A stretch of DNA of 64,000 nt, taken from assembly GCA_043732665.1 (NCBI GenBank), contig JAYTHK010000220.1, positions 8,860-72,859 on the forward strand, written 5' to 3'. Shown here in pieces: positions 20,168 to 29,055 of this stretch; the first letter of the stretch is position 1; each line of letters begins with the position of its first letter. A program made the translations under genes and the position numbers. Origin of the DNA: Cytophagales bacterium (GTDB lineage Bacteria > Bacteroidota > Bacteroidia > Cytophagales > Cytophagaceae). The notes below the pieces were generated by a model that did not search any database, was not told the origin of the DNA, and saw nothing but the letters and a program-made list of their open reading frames with translations.

Positions 20168-21934
20168 ATGAAAAAAATAGTATCAGTTCTCACGATTTTT
20201 TTAACACTTCTAGCTTTTTCAGGCGTGTTGTATGCTCAAGGCGATAAAGTACAATTTGGTGCCTATAGCCGTGCATTGCAGCAGACGAATCGTCTTGGCA
20301 AAAGCGATACCCTTCATACGGATAACATAAGCCAAGGGAGCTTGCTCGTCGATTTGGGTATTCATGTGCATCCAGATAAAAATACTCAAGTTTCGACTAT
20401 ACTAAGGTTGAAAAGTGACTTAGGTGGTTTCTACGGATCAGGCAATACTGCTGCCATACGTCAAATCTATGTAAGAGGTATTCTTGGTAAATTTCTAAAT
20501 TACCACGTTGGTGATCTTTTTATGAAAATGACACCTTATACCATGTTCAACAGCGACGCGGAACTTTCTGTAAACGAAGCTACGGTGTTCAAAAATTTAA
20601 GAAATGACTATGTTTATTATGACAATTTTAATAAAGGAAATAGCTGGTGGCAACAAGGTGCGCATACTAATTTTGCAGTGGGTTTTAACAGTAAGTTTTT
20701 ACAAAGCATAAAAGTGGATGGTTTCTTTTTAAGAAACAGGATGGCTGTAGGACCACAACCTACAAGATTCCATGCAGGTGGTAGGTTGATGTTGGTGCAA
20801 AGTTCAAAGTTTTATCTAGGAGCAAATTATTTGAATCTATACGATGTTGGGGCAAGTGTTGGTCCAAAAGCAACTACCATTTCTGTGAGAAATCCAGTGC
20901 ACACTTATGAGACAGAATTTATTGCAGTAAATAATAATAAATACGCATTGCAGTTGAATGCAGAAGTAGGATTTTCTCAATTAAATTTCGTAAACGATCC
21001 ATCGGCACCTAAAGATGCTACTTCTGGTAAATTACAAAAACTAAATGGTAACTTTATTGATGCTACAGTGACAGGTAAATTAAAACCTTCTCATTTGAAA
21101 TTGAAAGTTGGGTATAGCTATACTTCACCTAGATTTTATAGTTCTGCTGCTCAAACGAAGCGTATTGACTATTCAAAAACGCCTACTGTATTCCCAGTCT
21201 ATGGAAATAATCCATTTCAACCCGTAAATAGAACCATCGGAGCTTACGATATTGTACGTGACCCAAGTATCTACAATCAAAAAATTACTCCTATTTTAAT
21301 GCAATATAATCCTGCTTATGGAAATGCAACTCCTTATGGGAAAGCTACTGCCAACAGAATGGGTCTTAACATGGAATTGAACTACAAAGACTCTCTAGAA
21401 AGAGTGAACATTGACTTTGCTGGAGCTTATCTTACAGAAGCAGTTGGAACAGATCTTTATAATTCAAAAAGGAAGTTTTTAGTAGCGAGTGTTTGTGCAG
21501 ACGTATATTTGAATAAGTTCGTCAACTTCGAAAAGAAGATTTTAATACACGGAGGTGCTAAAATGGAAAATACCGACCGTCATGGAGATTCAACGTTGAA
21601 TGTCAACCTGCATACCCAAGTTTATGATGGTGGTGTAGAAATTGAATTGGTGAAAAAATTGGATTTGCTTTTTGGAGTAAAAGTATTGAATGCAAAAGGA
21701 TCTGAAAACTATGCAATAAGAAATTCGTATAATGAAATCACAGGTTACAACGTTACTTCGTATAGAAACATGAATTTCCAACAAACGATGTTGGGGTACG
21801 GTTTGAAATACAGGTTCTCCAAATTATCTTATTTGACTACACAGTATCATACTTATGCGATTAACGACATGGCGCATTCGACTCAAACAATAAAGTTTAA
21901 TCAGTTTTTCATCATGTTTATGATGAGTTTCTAA
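20168..21934 (+). CDS. Second large outer-membrane beta-barrel protein of unknown family
   Basis: It has the signal peptide MKKIVSVLTIFLTLLAFSGVLYAQ, beta-rich composition and the C-terminus FIMFMMSF. Confidence 0.6.
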   Translation: MKKIVSVLTIFLTLLAFSGVLYAQGDKVQFGAYSRALQQTNRLGKSDTLHTDNISQGSLLVDLGIHVHPDKNTQVSTILRLKSDLGGFYGSGNTAAIRQIYVRGILGKFLNYHVGDLFMKMTPYTMFNSDAELSVNEATVFKNLRNDYVYYDNFNKGNSWWQQGAHTNFAVGFNSKFLQSIKVDGFFLRNRMAVGPQPTRFHAGGRLMLVQSSKFYLGANYLNLYDVGASVGPKATTISVRNPVHTYETEFIAVNNNKYALQLNAEVGFSQLNFVNDPSAPKDATSGKLQKLNGNFIDATVTGKLKPSHLKLKVGYSYTSPRFYSSAAQTKRIDYSKTPTVFPVYGNNPFQPVNRTIGAYDIVRDPSIYNQKITPILMQYNPAYGNATPYGKATANRMGLNMELNYKDSLERVNIDFAGAYLTEAVGTDLYNSKRKFLVASVCADVYLNKFVNFEKKILIHGGAKMENTDRHGDSTLNVNLHTQVYDGGVEIELVKKLDLLFGVKVLNAKGSENYAIRNSYNEITGYNVTSYRNMNFQQTMLGYGLKYRFSKLSYLTTQYHTYAINDMAHSTQTIKFNQFFIMFMMSF

Positions 21935-21958
21935 TTGAAAATTTTAATAACTAAAATT

Positions 21959-22996
21959 ATGAAAAGATATATTTTAAGTACAATGCTTGTAGGGTTGGTG
22001 TTCTTTTTCTCCTGTGCGAAAAAACAACAAATAGCTCCAGATTTGGGAGTAATTTCTGGTCCAGTAGATTTTGGAAATGCATTTGCGGTAAGCAATGCGA
22101 ATCCAAATTTCAATAACAACGATCAAATATATTTTGGTGCAACATTTAATAAGCAGACACATTGGTTGATTACTGTTAAGGGAAATACATCCGGGGCTGT
22201 AAAAAGATTTGAAGGAACCGGTACTATAATCTCTATTGCTAATTCAGTCTGGGATGGGACAGCTGATAGTGTTATTTCCTTTCGTGCAGAAGCGGTTACT
22301 GCAAAACTCAGTTTCCCAAGTGCAAGTAGTGCTTCGGCGCCTTTTCCTCTTATACTTAATATTACCATTGCAGCTCCCAAAAATCTTAATTATGGACATG
22401 TGCTGATAACAGATTTTAGTGCAGGTCTTATTGGTGCATGGACACACGACTGGTCTACTCCGGCTACTCCAAGTGATATCGCCCCCATTAAAAATCCCGA
22501 CGGCAATAAATATTGTACCATAGGGCCGATAGCCGCTTGGCAACCAAATCTGAGTTTTAAACCCCATACATCTCCTTATTTAGACTATCTAGACATTACT
22601 GCAACTTCTGTAGGGTATTCTACTTATTTCCCCTTAATAGCAGATCCTACGAAAGTGTATTTCAATATGATGGTGTATAACAGTGTTCTTCCTACCTATA
22701 CATGGATTAATGTGACATTGAACGAAGATCATCCCACTATTCCGGGTACCTTGGTTTCTAAAAGTATAAACATCTATCCCAATTGGAATACTGGCTGGAA
22801 ACTTATTACGGTAGGTTATCTTGATTTTAAGTTGGCAGATACTTCTGTCACGATTAATAACCCGCAAAAAATACGAGATGTTCAGATCGTGTTGTTGTCT
22901 AGTGCTCCTCAAACGATATTAGATGCTAAGGTTGTTACTACATCGGCAACTTTTGACCATCTTATCTTTTCTCAATATAAACCTTATCAACCTTAA
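21959..22996 (+). CDS. Surface lipoprotein of unknown function. Candidate glycan-binding partner of the barrels.
   Basis: It has the lipobox LVFFFSCAKK, is Ser/Thr/Asn-rich and beta-type, and is the last gene before a strong terminator. Confidence 0.55.
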   Translation: MKRYILSTMLVGLVFFFSCAKKQQIAPDLGVISGPVDFGNAFAVSNANPNFNNNDQIYFGATFNKQTHWLITVKGNTSGAVKRFEGTGTIISIANSVWDGTADSVISFRAEAVTAKLSFPSASSASAPFPLILNITIAAPKNLNYGHVLITDFSAGLIGAWTHDWSTPATPSDIAPIKNPDGNKYCTIGPIAAWQPNLSFKPHTSPYLDYLDITATSVGYSTYFPLIADPTKVYFNMMVYNSVLPTYTWINVTLNEDHPTIPGTLVSKSINIYPNWNTGWKLITVGYLDFKLADTSVTINNPQKIRDVQIVLLSSAPQTILDAKVVTTSATFDHLIFSQYKPYQP

Positions 22997-23001
22997 TAAA
23001 G

Positions 23002-23045
23002 AGCACAGTCATTTAATATAGAATGAAATATTAAATGACTGTGCT
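23002..23045 (+). terminator. Perfect 18-bp hairpin closing the GH16 locus
   Basis: AGCACAGTCATTTAATAT-agaatgaa-ATATTAAATGACTGTGCT, 6 nt after the stop of 21959..22996. Confidence 0.7.
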
Positions 23046-23149
23046 TACTTAAAAGGTAAATAGCCCTATCTTTAAATTCTTATTTTTGGTACAATTGTAT
23101 TGAAATTAAATGCTTAGTTGGTAAAAGTTTCCAGCGAGAGATTGAATTT

Positions 23150-24262
23150 ATGATAGAAAAAATAGCGTATCGATATCTTGCAAAACTTGCCGAATTACCA
23201 GGACAGAGCTCAGAATCACTTCATTTGCTGGTTGATCAGGAGGTAACCAAGATAAGAAAAGAGGTTATTATAACTCTTTTCTTTGCGGCGTTATTCGGTA
23301 CGATAGGCGTATTAGCACTCTATTTACCCCAATTTTATTTTCCAGAATACTTTTACGAATACAATGTTGTATTTCCTCTCTCTATTGAACCTGTTGGAAT
23401 TCCAGTGGTAAGTATAGTTTATGGCGTGATTTTGGTTTATATCGAGCTCTCTTTACTTATGGCGCTCAATATTCGTACTGTTTTTAAAATTGCTGAAGTA
23501 TGCGGTTTTCCTGACAAGAACGACCCAGATCATAAAAAGCACCTAGAGTCGCTTATGAGGGTAGGGTTAGAGAAAGACGACAAATCAGATGCTACTTATG
23601 GAATCGATCCTATGCAAGGAGCTTCTGAATGGACGCTGTTTATCTTTCTAATTATTGCAAGACTAAAAGCCACTATAAGTAATTATGTGATCAAAATGAT
23701 TTTGAGAAAAGTATTTGGTCGCTACGTACTTCGAATGGTTATTGATATTGCTGTAGGGGTTCCCATTTTTGCTTTTTGGAATGCTTATGCTTCTTATATT
23801 GTAATACAAGAAACGAAGGTTAGAATCATGGCGCCCACACTCATAAGACAGTTGTGTCGAAATTTGTTTGAGCGGTACCAACATACTCCTGAGTTTACAG
23901 AATACATCTACGATACATTGCAATATATTGCCATGTCCAAAAGGAAATACCATCATAATCATTTTTTACTGGCAAAAAATATCTTGTTGGCTTTTAATAT
24001 TCCAGTGAAAGAAATACACCTGTTAAACGAAGACTATTTTGAGAAAATAAAAATTGCCAAACCAGAAATAAAAGAGGGCGTGATTCAATTATTACTTATA
24101 GGATTTATTATTGATGGTAATTTGTCCTCACAAGAGAAACGTACGGTTGTTAAATTATACCAAGATAAAATCATTCCTTACGATCTCAGCAAGATAAAAG
24201 CATGGATTCATTCTTTTGTAGAAGGAAAAGGATTGGATAGGTTAGTCGATATGAAACGTTGA
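23150..24262 (+). CDS. Membrane protein of unknown function with a TerB-like C-terminal segment
   Basis: 370 aa with about 4 TM helices. The C-terminal segment LLLIGFIIDGNLSSQEKRTVVKLY resembles the TerB DGxxxxxE motif. It is monocistronic, between a terminator and a repeat-rich spacer. Confidence 0.5.
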   Translation: MIEKIAYRYLAKLAELPGQSSESLHLLVDQEVTKIRKEVIITLFFAALFGTIGVLALYLPQFYFPEYFYEYNVVFPLSIEPVGIPVVSIVYGVILVYIELSLLMALNIRTVFKIAEVCGFPDKNDPDHKKHLESLMRVGLEKDDKSDATYGIDPMQGASEWTLFIFLIIARLKATISNYVIKMILRKVFGRYVLRMVIDIAVGVPIFAFWNAYASYIVIQETKVRIMAPTLIRQLCRNLFERYQHTPEFTEYIYDTLQYIAMSKRKYHHNHFLLAKNILLAFNIPVKEIHLLNEDYFEKIKIAKPEIKEGVIQLLLIGFIIDGNLSSQEKRTVVKLYQDKIIPYDLSKIKAWIHSFVEGKGLDRLVDMKR

Positions 24263-24282
24263 TTTATGGGATTGAATGATTT

Positions 24283-24333
24283 CATTGATTTGATTATTTT
24301 TTGTAAGGACGCATCATAATGCGTCTCCGCCAA
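24283..24333. repeat. REP-like palindromic element (GATT-rich leader plus GTAAGGACGCAT-cata-ATGCGTC hairpin), copy 1
   Basis: The hairpin is GACGCAT (24308-14) and ATGCGTC (24319-25). The 12-mer GACGCATCATAA recurs inverted at 24412-24423 as TTATGATGCGTC. It is related to 51165-51214. Confidence 0.7.
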
Positions 24334-24440
24334 TAACGACAATAAAAGCATGAAATATGCAGAAGGCTTTATAGATAATTTTGGCAACAGGGTTATTCCA
24401 AAGTAGGCATATTATGATGCGTCACTATAGAATTGAATCA

Positions 24441-24480
24441 GAAATAAAAAAGCGATACACTTCAGAGGATAGTATCGCTT
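24441..24480 (-). terminator. Orphan intrinsic terminator on the minus strand, about 280 nt beyond the nearest upstream stop codon
   Basis: The minus strand reads AAGCGATAC-(13 nt)-GTATCGCTT followed by TTTTTATTTC, giving a 9-bp stem plus a U-tract. Confidence 0.6.
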
Positions 24481-24756
24481 TAACCTTATTCCAACACACC
24501 AACTCAACTTCTCATTTCAATCGCTTTATCAACTTCATAGGCATATATACGAGCTGGATTAAAAAGGTGAAAGAGGGCTAAAAACTGTGGTGTAAGAAAT
24601 GTATATAGTATGCGTGCATAAATAAAATCGTGCTGCTCATAGGAATGCTATTTTAAAGGATTTCTTTAAAGGAATGTAGTATAACAGAAGCATTAAGAAA
24701 GTTTTCTCGTCTGCTATTTTCTATGATTTCAATAAAAAAGGATGTAAAATTTCTTC

Positions 24757-25515
24757 TTATTCAAAAAAGAAATAAAGAGTAACCGTGTGCGTAGTTAGTT
24801 TAGATAGGTTTTGACTATAGGCGTTTGGATCGTTAATAAGAAGATTAGACAATCCATGGGAAAATCTAATTTCAGGGGCAAATTTGAAAAATTTAAAATA
24901 CAAATCTATCCCAAAGCCGTACTCTATGCACAAGTCTAAGTTCTGAGTTCTAAGGTCACTTTTCTTTTTTTGATTTTTCTTAGCACCCGCTTCAATACAT
25001 GGCTTTAGACCGCCAACCATATATAATCTATGGTTTCTTCTACGCTGAGATTTGTATTTTAGCAACAAAGGTGTTTCAATAAATACAGATTCAGCTGTTT
25101 GATTGGATACAAATCCGGTTTGATAAGCGTATTGTACAGCTCTAGTGTAGAATGCTACACCAGGCAGTACGCGAAAGTCAAAATACCTAGACAATCTCAT
25201 GTTCATTACAAAGCCAAGGTCAAAACCACCTGTAGGGCTTGATCGGATAGAGGAAAAGGTAGGGTCGTTGAAAAAAGTAGACGATTCTACTGCACGGAAT
25301 CTTGTACTGTTAAGCCCAAGTGTAAAGCCATAATGTAGAAAACGGTCGTCGTAATGAGGAATGTTTGAGTCCCATTCAAATTTCTCCGGAGCGTGAACAG
25401 GTAGTTGCGGCTGTGCATCAACAGTGTTTATCATCAACAGAAATAATAGGAGAAATATAATACTTATTTTTTTCCCGTGTAGATGGAACTTACTCCAAAG
25501 GTGAGCTCTTTGCAT
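24757..25515 (-). CDS. Small outer-membrane beta-barrel protein (PorT/OMP_b-brl-like)
   Basis: 252 aa with signal peptide ..IIFLLLFLLMINTVDAQ, alternating beta pattern and C-terminus TVTLYFFFE. The only ATG overlaps the ubiE 3' end by 52 nt. Confidence 0.5.
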   Translation of the reverse strand: MQRAHLWSKFHLHGKKISIIFLLLFLLMINTVDAQPQLPVHAPEKFEWDSNIPHYDDRFLHYGFTLGLNSTRFRAVESSTFFNDPTFSSIRSSPTGGFDLGFVMNMRLSRYFDFRVLPGVAFYTRAVQYAYQTGFVSNQTAESVFIETPLLLKYKSQRRRNHRLYMVGGLKPCIEAGAKKNQKKKSDLRTQNLDLCIEYGFGIDLYFKFFKFAPEIRFSHGLSNLLINDPNAYSQNLSKLTTHTVTLYFFFE

Positions 25516-26186
25516 TGTGTATTTTTAAATCCTATTTTGTCTAATATGTCTGTAAAAGCTTTGCCATAAGGGAATGCGTTTACAGAATCGGGTAAATATT
25601 TGTAAGCAGCGGTGTCTTTTGAAATCATTTTTCCTACAGGGGGTAATATAAATCGAAAATAGAAATTGTAGATATGTTTGAATAAATACCCTGATGGTTT
25701 TGAAAACTCTAGCACAATAAGCAATCCGCCAGGTTTAAGTACTCGAAGTATTTCACTCATTCCCTTTTCAAGATTTTCGAAGTTACGCACCCCAAAAGAA
25801 ACGATGACAGCGTCAAATAAATTGTCCTGAAAGGTTAAATTTTCAGAATCGCCGCTTAATAATTCTATTTTGTCGGTAAGCTTTAGTTTTGATATTTTCG
25901 CTCTTCCTACCGCCAACATCTGATCAGAAATATCAATGCCTGTTATTTTTTTTGCACCAGATTCTATCGCTGCTATCGCAAAGTCACCAGTTCCTGTGGC
26001 TACATCCAAGATGTATTCAGGGTTGTGCACCTTTAATAGTTTTACCGCTTGTTTGCGCCAGCGCACATCAATGCCGAGGCTTAATACTCTGTTAAGAAGG
26101 TCGTATCGGTGCGAGATGTTGTTAAACATACGCGCAACTTGTTCCTTTTTCCCTTCTTCTAATTCTTTATATGGTATTACCGTCAT
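25464..26186 (-). CDS. ubiE: Demethylmenaquinone/ubiquinone C-methyltransferase
   Basis: It has FNNISHRYDLLNRVLSLGIDVRWRK and the SAM motif VLDVATGTGDFAI, at 240 aa. Confidence 0.93.
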   Translation of the reverse strand: MTVIPYKELEEGKKEQVARMFNNISHRYDLLNRVLSLGIDVRWRKQAVKLLKVHNPEYILDVATGTGDFAIAAIESGAKKITGIDISDQMLAVGRAKISKLKLTDKIELLSGDSENLTFQDNLFDAVIVSFGVRNFENLEKGMSEILRVLKPGGLLIVLEFSKPSGYLFKHIYNFYFRFILPPVGKMISKDTAAYKYLPDSVNAFPYGKAFTDILDKIGFKNTQCKELTFGVSSIYTGKK

Positions 26187-26285
26187 TTTATTCTATACCC
26201 TTAATCAAGGTCGCAAAGGTAATAAAAAATGGGCTAAACATTTCTGCTTAGCCCATTTATGTTGTAGAGAATGTTTTAAAAAGTT

Positions 26286-28580
26286 TTATCTGGAAATAAT
26301 TTTAGCTTCCGTTCTTCTGTTTAATTGTTTGTTGAACTCGCTATCGTTTGGAAGATAAGGAGTTGTTTCGCCATATCCTTTATAGCTCAGTCTGTCTGCA
26401 GCAATACCTTGTTTGATAAGGTAATCAACAGCTGCTTTGGCACGACTTTCAGAAAGTTTTTGGTTGTATTCGTCGTTTCCTACATTATCAGTATGTCCTG
26501 ACAACTCGATTTTCAGTGTTGGATAATCGGTAAGGATATTTTTTAAGGTATCTAACTCCGCTTTTCCTTCTGATTTCAACTCAGCTTTTGCGGAGATAAA
26601 ATAAATGTTACGTAAAATAAATGAATTTCCAACAGTGTGAATAGGGATGATTTTAGGATCAAAGTTCATCGATAAGTTTGAATTTAGTTTTATATCCAAA
26701 TTTACACTACGGTTATTGATGTCTTTACTCGTCGACTTATCAGCTTTCATCGAAGTAATTCTTGAAGGATCTATGCCTTTTTTGAATAGATAGTTGGCAA
26801 CAGATTCGTCTCTTTGTTTCGCCAATTTTAAATTTGATTTATCATACCCCTTTAGATTCAACTCTGCATCTGGGTTTTTCTTCAATATTTCCGATGCTAT
26901 ATCTAGTTCATGTTTGGCTTCATCGCTGAGGGCCGCACTATTTTCAGAGAAATAAGTTTTTCTGAAAATATAACGGTTTGATATAGAACCTTTTTTAGTG
27001 TTGTTATTAACCGCATTTACTGCTGCACTATCCATTTTTTGAGCGTAAGGAAGTACGATGTTTTTGGTAAATGTTTTATTTTCATCACATTCTGGAATAC
27101 TAAACAATTCGGTTTTAAGGGTGTCAGTTCCTTTTAGTACGGCAACTTTATAGGTGTTAAAAGACAATATACTTAGCTTATAATTTCCACCTTCTTTAGA
27201 TAAATCGGTAGCCGAGCTAGCAGGGTAGTCTTTCTTCTGAGAAGTAAAAGATACCGTTACACCATCAACTTTATTGCCCGTTACATCTTCTGTTACCACT
27301 CCAGTGACGATTATACTAGCAATGGGAATAATTTCGTAGATGTCTTTTTCGCCTAATCCATCGGCTCTATAAGAAGCTAAGTAACCTCTCAAGCCGTTGG
27401 AAGACATATAATAATAAACATCGTCGTCAGGAGTATTAATTGGATACCCAAGATTTTCAGGTTCTGACCAAACTCCATTATCGTCAACGGTAGATTTGAA
27501 AATATCAAAAGCGCCCATGTTTTTGTGACCGCGAGAACTAAAATACATCGTTTTGCCGTCTGGTGAAATAAATGGAGCGTCTTCGTCAAATTTGGTATTT
27601 ATAGATCCTTTTAGTTCTTTTATCTTACTCCATTTGCCATCGCTTCCTTTCGTTATATAATAGATGTCTAAGTCGTCGTTTTTCTTGTATCGGTTGGTCG
27701 AGAAATAGGCTGTATTACCATCTGCTGTTACGAAAGCAGAAGATTCGAATTTTTTAGTGTTAATATCAGCAAAAGGTTTTGGGGTAGTCCATTTGTCACC
27801 GTCTTTTTCACAGTAGTAAATATCTCCGTCTCGGTAAAATTTATAGATAATCATCTTTGTGTCGTTGTCGTATAGTTGACAAGTAGCATCATGACCAGTA
27901 GTGTTTAGATGAATATTCTCAGGTTTCCCCCAAGTAACGCTGTCAATCTTTTTTGAAAAAAAGATATCTTCAAAAGGTTCGCCGTCCAATTCTTCTTTTT
28001 TTGTTGAATCTTCACTTCTTCTAGAGGTAAAATAAAGCGTTTTTCCGTCGGCAGAAATAACTGGACTATGGTCTGAGAAAGAGCTATTTATATTGCTCCC
28101 CATGTCTAGCACAAGATAGTTTTTAGGAGATTTATAAAGTTCGGCCGCTACTTTGGTTTGCTCAATATGAATGCGTAGGTCATCACTTCTTTGGTCTACT
28201 TTACGGAGTGTACTTTTATATATGGAGTAAGATTGAAGCGCTTCGTCAAATTTATAATTGAGGTGGTAAGCTCTTCCCATCCAATAACGAATGTGTTTAC
28301 TCACGGAAGAGTCTTTATTGTAGGCTTTTAATATATTTTCTAACGCTTTTTCCTTAGAAAATCTGTTTAGATAGCAGATGCCTGATTTATAAAGAGCCTC
28401 TGCATTGTCTGGTTGGGTTTTTAAGACTTCCTCGTAAAAAGGGAGCGCATTCCTATATTGGTCATCTTTATATAGGTCGTTTGCTTTTTTTAGAGAAGAA
28501 GAAACGCGTTGAGCCTTAACTGATAAACCTGAGCATAAAATCAGTAAGGCGAAGAGTGTTAAATGTTTGATTTGTGTCAT
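26286..28580 (-). CDS. TPR, PD40/TolB-like beta-propeller and CarboxypepD-reg-like protein with two OmpA C-terminal domains. Peptidoglycan-anchored outer-membrane protein.
   Basis: It has a signal peptide, TPR-like YEEVLKTQPDNAEALYKSGICY, PD40 repeats (SADGKTLYFTS, SPDGKTMYFSS) and a terminal OmpA_C block ELSGHTDNVGNDEYNQKLSESRA..NRRTEAKII. Confidence 0.85.
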   Translation of the reverse strand: MTQIKHLTLFALLILCSGLSVKAQRVSSSLKKANDLYKDDQYRNALPFYEEVLKTQPDNAEALYKSGICYLNRFSKEKALENILKAYNKDSSVSKHIRYWMGRAYHLNYKFDEALQSYSIYKSTLRKVDQRSDDLRIHIEQTKVAAELYKSPKNYLVLDMGSNINSSFSDHSPVISADGKTLYFTSRRSEDSTKKEELDGEPFEDIFFSKKIDSVTWGKPENIHLNTTGHDATCQLYDNDTKMIIYKFYRDGDIYYCEKDGDKWTTPKPFADINTKKFESSAFVTADGNTAYFSTNRYKKNDDLDIYYITKGSDGKWSKIKELKGSINTKFDEDAPFISPDGKTMYFSSRGHKNMGAFDIFKSTVDDNGVWSEPENLGYPINTPDDDVYYYMSSNGLRGYLASYRADGLGEKDIYEIIPIASIIVTGVVTEDVTGNKVDGVTVSFTSQKKDYPASSATDLSKEGGNYKLSILSFNTYKVAVLKGTDTLKTELFSIPECDENKTFTKNIVLPYAQKMDSAAVNAVNNNTKKGSISNRYIFRKTYFSENSAALSDEAKHELDIASEILKKNPDAELNLKGYDKSNLKLAKQRDESVANYLFKKGIDPSRITSMKADKSTSKDINNRSVNLDIKLNSNLSMNFDPKIIPIHTVGNSFILRNIYFISAKAELKSEGKAELDTLKNILTDYPTLKIELSGHTDNVGNDEYNQKLSESRAKAAVDYLIKQGIAADRLSYKGYGETTPYLPNDSEFNKQLNRRTEAKIISR

Positions 28581-29055
28581 AATTAATTGATTTATACCTA
28601 ATCTTTAATTTTAGTTAGACCAAGTACTATATTATGTTGAATTTTATCAAAAATAATTAAATATTTCTAGAAAATGCAATTCGTAGTGCAAATTTATATA
28701 TTAAAAAATTAAAAATTGGAAGTCTTAAAATAAAGCTAATGAGGGTTTTGATATAAGAAATATAGAATTCGTTTTGATTTTTTATAAAAATTGTATTATT
28801 GTAGTTTGAAACTGTAATAAAATAGAACAAAGTATTCGTATTTGATTGCTTTGGGGGTTGATTTATGCGATTATGCACGAAATATGTCATGCGTATAAAG
28901 CCTATTTATAGCGATACCAAAATATAGACGTATCTTGCTGACAGAAAGAATAAAGTAACCATATTGAATTATTAGCGTATGAATATTTTAAGTAAAACTA
29001 CGTACATTGAAACTAGTATAAACCCTGATCTTACCTTATAGTAATTAAATTTTCC

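Noticed and set aside
18079-22996. SusC/SusD pair of a canonical PUL next to GH16
   Set aside because: Neither barrel shows a plug domain, TonB box or CarboxypepD-reg/STN N-terminus. Neither lipoprotein shows the helical SusD character. I kept them as barrels and a lipoprotein of unknown family.
24381-24581. 66-aa ORF with a TTG start in the repeat-rich spacer
   Set aside because: It has no ATG start or recognisable motifs, and it spans the REP-like inverted copy and the minus-strand terminator.
25936-26358. 140-aa plus-strand ORF. Similar long antisense ORFs lie at 6258..6662, 36061..36754, 39619..40002 and 50450..50950.
   Set aside because: All lie antisense to well-supported genes (ubiE, pstS, the sensor phosphatase, the ABC gene, nnr). 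They have odd Cys/Ser/Phe-rich composition and no recognisable motifs, so they are shadow ORFs.
28657-28890. 77-aa minus-strand ORF in the 475-bp spacer upstream of cheR
   Set aside because: It is an extremely AT-rich, low-complexity (Asn/Ile/Phe) translation typical of a non-coding promoter region.
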